A stretch of 64,000 nucleotides of DNA from Nitrospirota bacterium (GTDB lineage: Bacteria > Nitrospirota > Nitrospiria > Nitrospirales > Nitrospiraceae): the NCBI GenBank assembly GCA_963703955.1, contig CAVPGK010000010.1:192001-256000 (forward strand), in the 5' to 3' direction. The number at the start of each line of letters is the position of its first letter. Position 1 is the first letter of the stretch. Position numbers and translations under genes: made by a program. Positions 61,467 through 64,000 of this stretch are shown here, piece by piece. Under the pieces are notes generated by a model. It was not told the DNA's origin and ran no database searches. It saw nothing but the letters and a program-made list of their open reading frames with translations.

Positions 61467-63002
61467 GTGGATCTAGACGAACCCTATTTTTACGCCAAGA
61501 CACGAGGCGACCATATTGAGACACGCGGACTTCAGATGTGCGTACTGGGCCACGAACGACGCGACGACGGCTCTTCTCAGGGCCCCTTCGGTCGCTGGGC
61601 GTGGGATGGACATCGCTTGCAGGTTCGCAATGATCGCTATGGCTTCTACCCCTTATACTATTGGGCCCAAGACGGAGCAGTTGCCGTCTCGCCTTCCATC
61701 CCCACACTCTTGGCTGAAGGCGCCCCTGCTGAGTTAGACGCGGCCGGGCTCGCCGTGTTTCTTCGATTAGGATTCTTTATCGGAGACCACACTCCCTTCC
61801 GAGCCATTCGCGCCGTGCCCCCTGATACAACGTTCGAATGGGAGGATGGCCGACTCCAGGTATCGGGTAGAGTGATACCAACCAGGTGTGAGCGTCTGAA
61901 CCGAGTCGAGGCGAGTGAGCGATATGTGACGCTCTTTAAGACGGCTATTCGGCGTCGCCTTCCCACCGACACAGAATTTGCTGTGCCGGTGAGTGGCGGT
62001 CGGGACTCACGTCATATCTTACTCGAGCTGTGCGAGGCAGGTGTTCGCCCGAAGGTGTGCGTGACCTATCGAGGCCCTCACGTTTGGATGAACCGGGATG
62101 TCTTAGCCGCCACTCAACTGTGCGAGTTCTTAAAGCTGCCACACGTGATTCTTGATCAGCCACGCTCAAGGTTCAAAGCCGAGCTAAGAAGGAATATCGA
62201 GAATAATTTTTGCGCGGATGAAAATTGGCAAATACCGCCCCTCGTTGATTATGTCCGCGGGAAATTCAAAAGCATTTATGACGGGATAGCCGGCGATGTG
62301 CTCTCCAATGGCCTCTTTCTGAATGAAACCCGGCTCGCTTTATTTGAGAAAGGCGCGTTCTCGGCATTCGCGGAAGATCTACTTCATGATTTTCCGATGC
62401 ACTCGGACCTAGACCACGAAGAGGTGCTCGCAAAGGTCCTTCGCCCGGATCACTATCGGCGATTCAGTCGAGACCTCGCTGTCCATGCCTTAACCGATGA
62501 AGTGAGCAAGCATGCCGGGGCTCCCAACCCGGTGGGATCCTTCTTCTTTTGGAATCGAACTCGACGAGAGATTGCGCTGATACCATTTATGCTTGGTAAA
62601 GCGGCACAGGTGTTCTGCCCCTATCTCGACGATGATCTCTATGACTTCTTAGCATCGCTACCGGCAGACTTGTTTCTGAGTCATACCTTCCACACCGAGA
62701 CGATCCGCCAAGCATATCCGCATTCTGCGCGGATTCCGTTCGATAATGAGGTGAATCCCTCGAAGGACATACCACAAAGTGGATATTACCGGCTATTTGG
62801 ACGAGAGTGCCTATCGTATGCGCTGACTCACGGCCGGTCCCGCTACCTTCGCTATTCGTACATCTTGCCCAGATTGTTGAAATGCGCGCTCGACGAAACG
62901 TATGGCGAGACTTTGTTTTCGTATCGATGCTTGGGTTCCCACGCCCTGTACCTGCTTCACCTTGAACGCTTTGCCGAAAATCCTGATGTCATTCGTCGCT
63001 AG
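61467..63002 (+). CDS. Asparagine-synthetase-like ATP-dependent amide ligase
   Basis: NDRYGFYPLYY, VSGGRDSR, DGIAGD, PYLD; no N-terminal catalytic Cys. Confidence 0.8.
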   Translation: MDLDEPYFYAKTRGDHIETRGLQMCVLGHERRDDGSSQGPFGRWAWDGHRLQVRNDRYGFYPLYYWAQDGAVAVSPSIPTLLAEGAPAELDAAGLAVFLRLGFFIGDHTPFRAIRAVPPDTTFEWEDGRLQVSGRVIPTRCERLNRVEASERYVTLFKTAIRRRLPTDTEFAVPVSGGRDSRHILLELCEAGVRPKVCVTYRGPHVWMNRDVLAATQLCEFLKLPHVILDQPRSRFKAELRRNIENNFCADENWQIPPLVDYVRGKFKSIYDGIAGDVLSNGLFLNETRLALFEKGAFSAFAEDLLHDFPMHSDLDHEEVLAKVLRPDHYRRFSRDLAVHALTDEVSKHAGAPNPVGSFFFWNRTRREIALIPFMLGKAAQVFCPYLDDDLYDFLASLPADLFLSHTFHTETIRQAYPHSARIPFDNEVNPSKDIPQSGYYRLFGRECLSYALTHGRSRYLRYSYILPRLLKCALDETYGETLFSYRCLGSHALYLLHLERFAENPDVIRR

Positions 63003-63114
63003 CCTGCACACCGGTCGCACCCAGGCAGGGTTGGTCTGGCTGAGTCCGTGGGCGAACCGGGCTAGGCTGACGGACAGATTGGCTTCTGAACCACCGGCAG
63101 AGTCGGCAGAAAGA

Positions 63115-63582
63115 CTACTTCTTTCTTTTGTCACGCACGCGCCGTTTACCCTCGGTAATCTGCTCGACGGTCATCTTCTCGCTCAGGTAGTCTCGCGCAT
63201 CGAGAGCGTGCTGATTGCCCTGAGCGGCTGCAAGGCTGATCCAATAGTAGGCCGTGACGAGGTCCGGCTGGACTCCTTGCCCATTGGCATACATCAAGCC
63301 GAGATTGTACTGTGCACGCGGTTCTCCTTGTTCTGCGGCAAGTGTGTACCACTTCAGCGCCTCTCGATCATCTTGGGGAACGCCTTGGCCCTTGTCATAC
63401 AGCAATGCCAGGTCGTATTGTGCACGGGGTTCACCATTTCTCGCCAGATCCCGTAATTCCCTGGCTGTGGTTTCGTAGTCCCCACGGCGGTAGGCCTTGT
63501 CCGCACGACGGTCCGCGCACGCGGCTGTCGCCACGCATAGTGTCACGAGGCAAGCCGTGAGCAAGGCGAGTCGTGTCATCAT
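63115..63582 (-). CDS. Exported Sel1-repeat protein
   Basis: AQYDLALLYDKGQGVPQD, AAEQGEPRAQYNLGLMYANGQGV. Confidence 0.92.
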   Translation of the reverse strand: MMTRLALLTACLVTLCVATAACADRRADKAYRRGDYETTARELRDLARNGEPRAQYDLALLYDKGQGVPQDDREALKWYTLAAEQGEPRAQYNLGLMYANGQGVQPDLVTAYYWISLAAAQGNQHALDARDYLSEKMTVEQITEGKRRVRDKRKK

Positions 63583-63856
63583 AACCGAGTGCCAAAACGG
63601 GAGCGACGGTATCCATGAGGGGAGGAGGGTACTCCAGGAGACACGGCCTAGATCCTCAGATCAACAAAAGGCTCCGTGGTTTCAAGAGAAGGGATCGAAA
63701 TAGGTTTATTAACCCCTTTCACCCCGGAGGCGCTCGGGAGGCCGCTTGGGGATGGCAATAGGTGTGACCACGTCTTGACCTTCCCCGAGCAAGACATGGA
63801 ACGGCCAATGAGACTATACGGTCACACAGACCGTTCCTGCGCGTGATCGTCGAGCG

Positions 63857-63994
63857 TTACTCGGTTTTCTCCTTCATCTCGTTCGCTGTGCCCTTCGCTC
63901 GCTCCATCTCAGCCTTGCCCTTATTTCCCTTGGCTTCTTCCACTAACGCCTTTGATTCTCCCTTGACCTCTTCAGTCGCAGCCTTCGTTTCTCC
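63857..63994 (-). CDS. Partial hydrophilic protein with about 11-aa repeats (LEA/CsbD-like)
   Basis: GETKAATEEVKGESKALVEEAKGNKGKAEMERAKGTANEMKEKTE*; in-frame stops just upstream may reflect an indel. Confidence 0.4.
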   Translation of the reverse strand, partial: GETKAATEEVKGESKALVEEAKGNKGKAEMERAKGTANEMKEKTE

Positions 63995-64000
63995 TTATCA

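Noticed and set aside
61467..63002. Lasso peptide cyclase
   Set aside because: No leader peptidase, RRE or precursor peptide nearby.

Overview
64 kb of mostly GC-rich bacterial chromosome. Gene content and repeat style suggest a Nitrospirota (Nitrospira-like) genome; this is inference, no search was run. From left to right the window holds: (1) a class V aminotransferase and a CAAX protease; (2) an accessory patch at 2.4-9.4 kb with a GT2, an AT-rich DUF2264-like gene, a decayed tyrosine integrase and an SGNH/AlgX-like protein fused to two PAS domains; (3) a DNA repair/mutagenesis neighbourhood at 9.6-27 kb with LigD, Lhr helicase, a small Cys-rich ORF + ImuB-like + DnaE2, and a membrane-anchored MutS-like ATPase, interrupted by a subtilase and a divergent free-standing prodomain-like gene; (4) a hybrid histidine kinase, an FGE-domain protein and a YukJ-LTD + PLD pair; (5) a thiamine-salvage cluster (thiY-like, tenA, thiD) split by an FRG gene, next to sthA; (6) a tightly coupled putative operon encoding a carboxylate-amine-ligase-like protein, a phosphatidylserine-decarboxylase-like protein, an Lgt-like protein and a TPR protein; (7) tpx, a two-subunit biotin carboxylase and several small genes. 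The most notable observations are the ligase/PSD/Lgt operon, a candidate undescribed lipid-modification system, and a family of about 45-bp hairpin elements with covarying stems that sit inside the reading frames of three unrelated proteins. At least seven genes carry single-base frameshifts, mostly in short base runs, so the sequence probably contains indel errors. I saw no rRNA, tRNA or CRISPR array.
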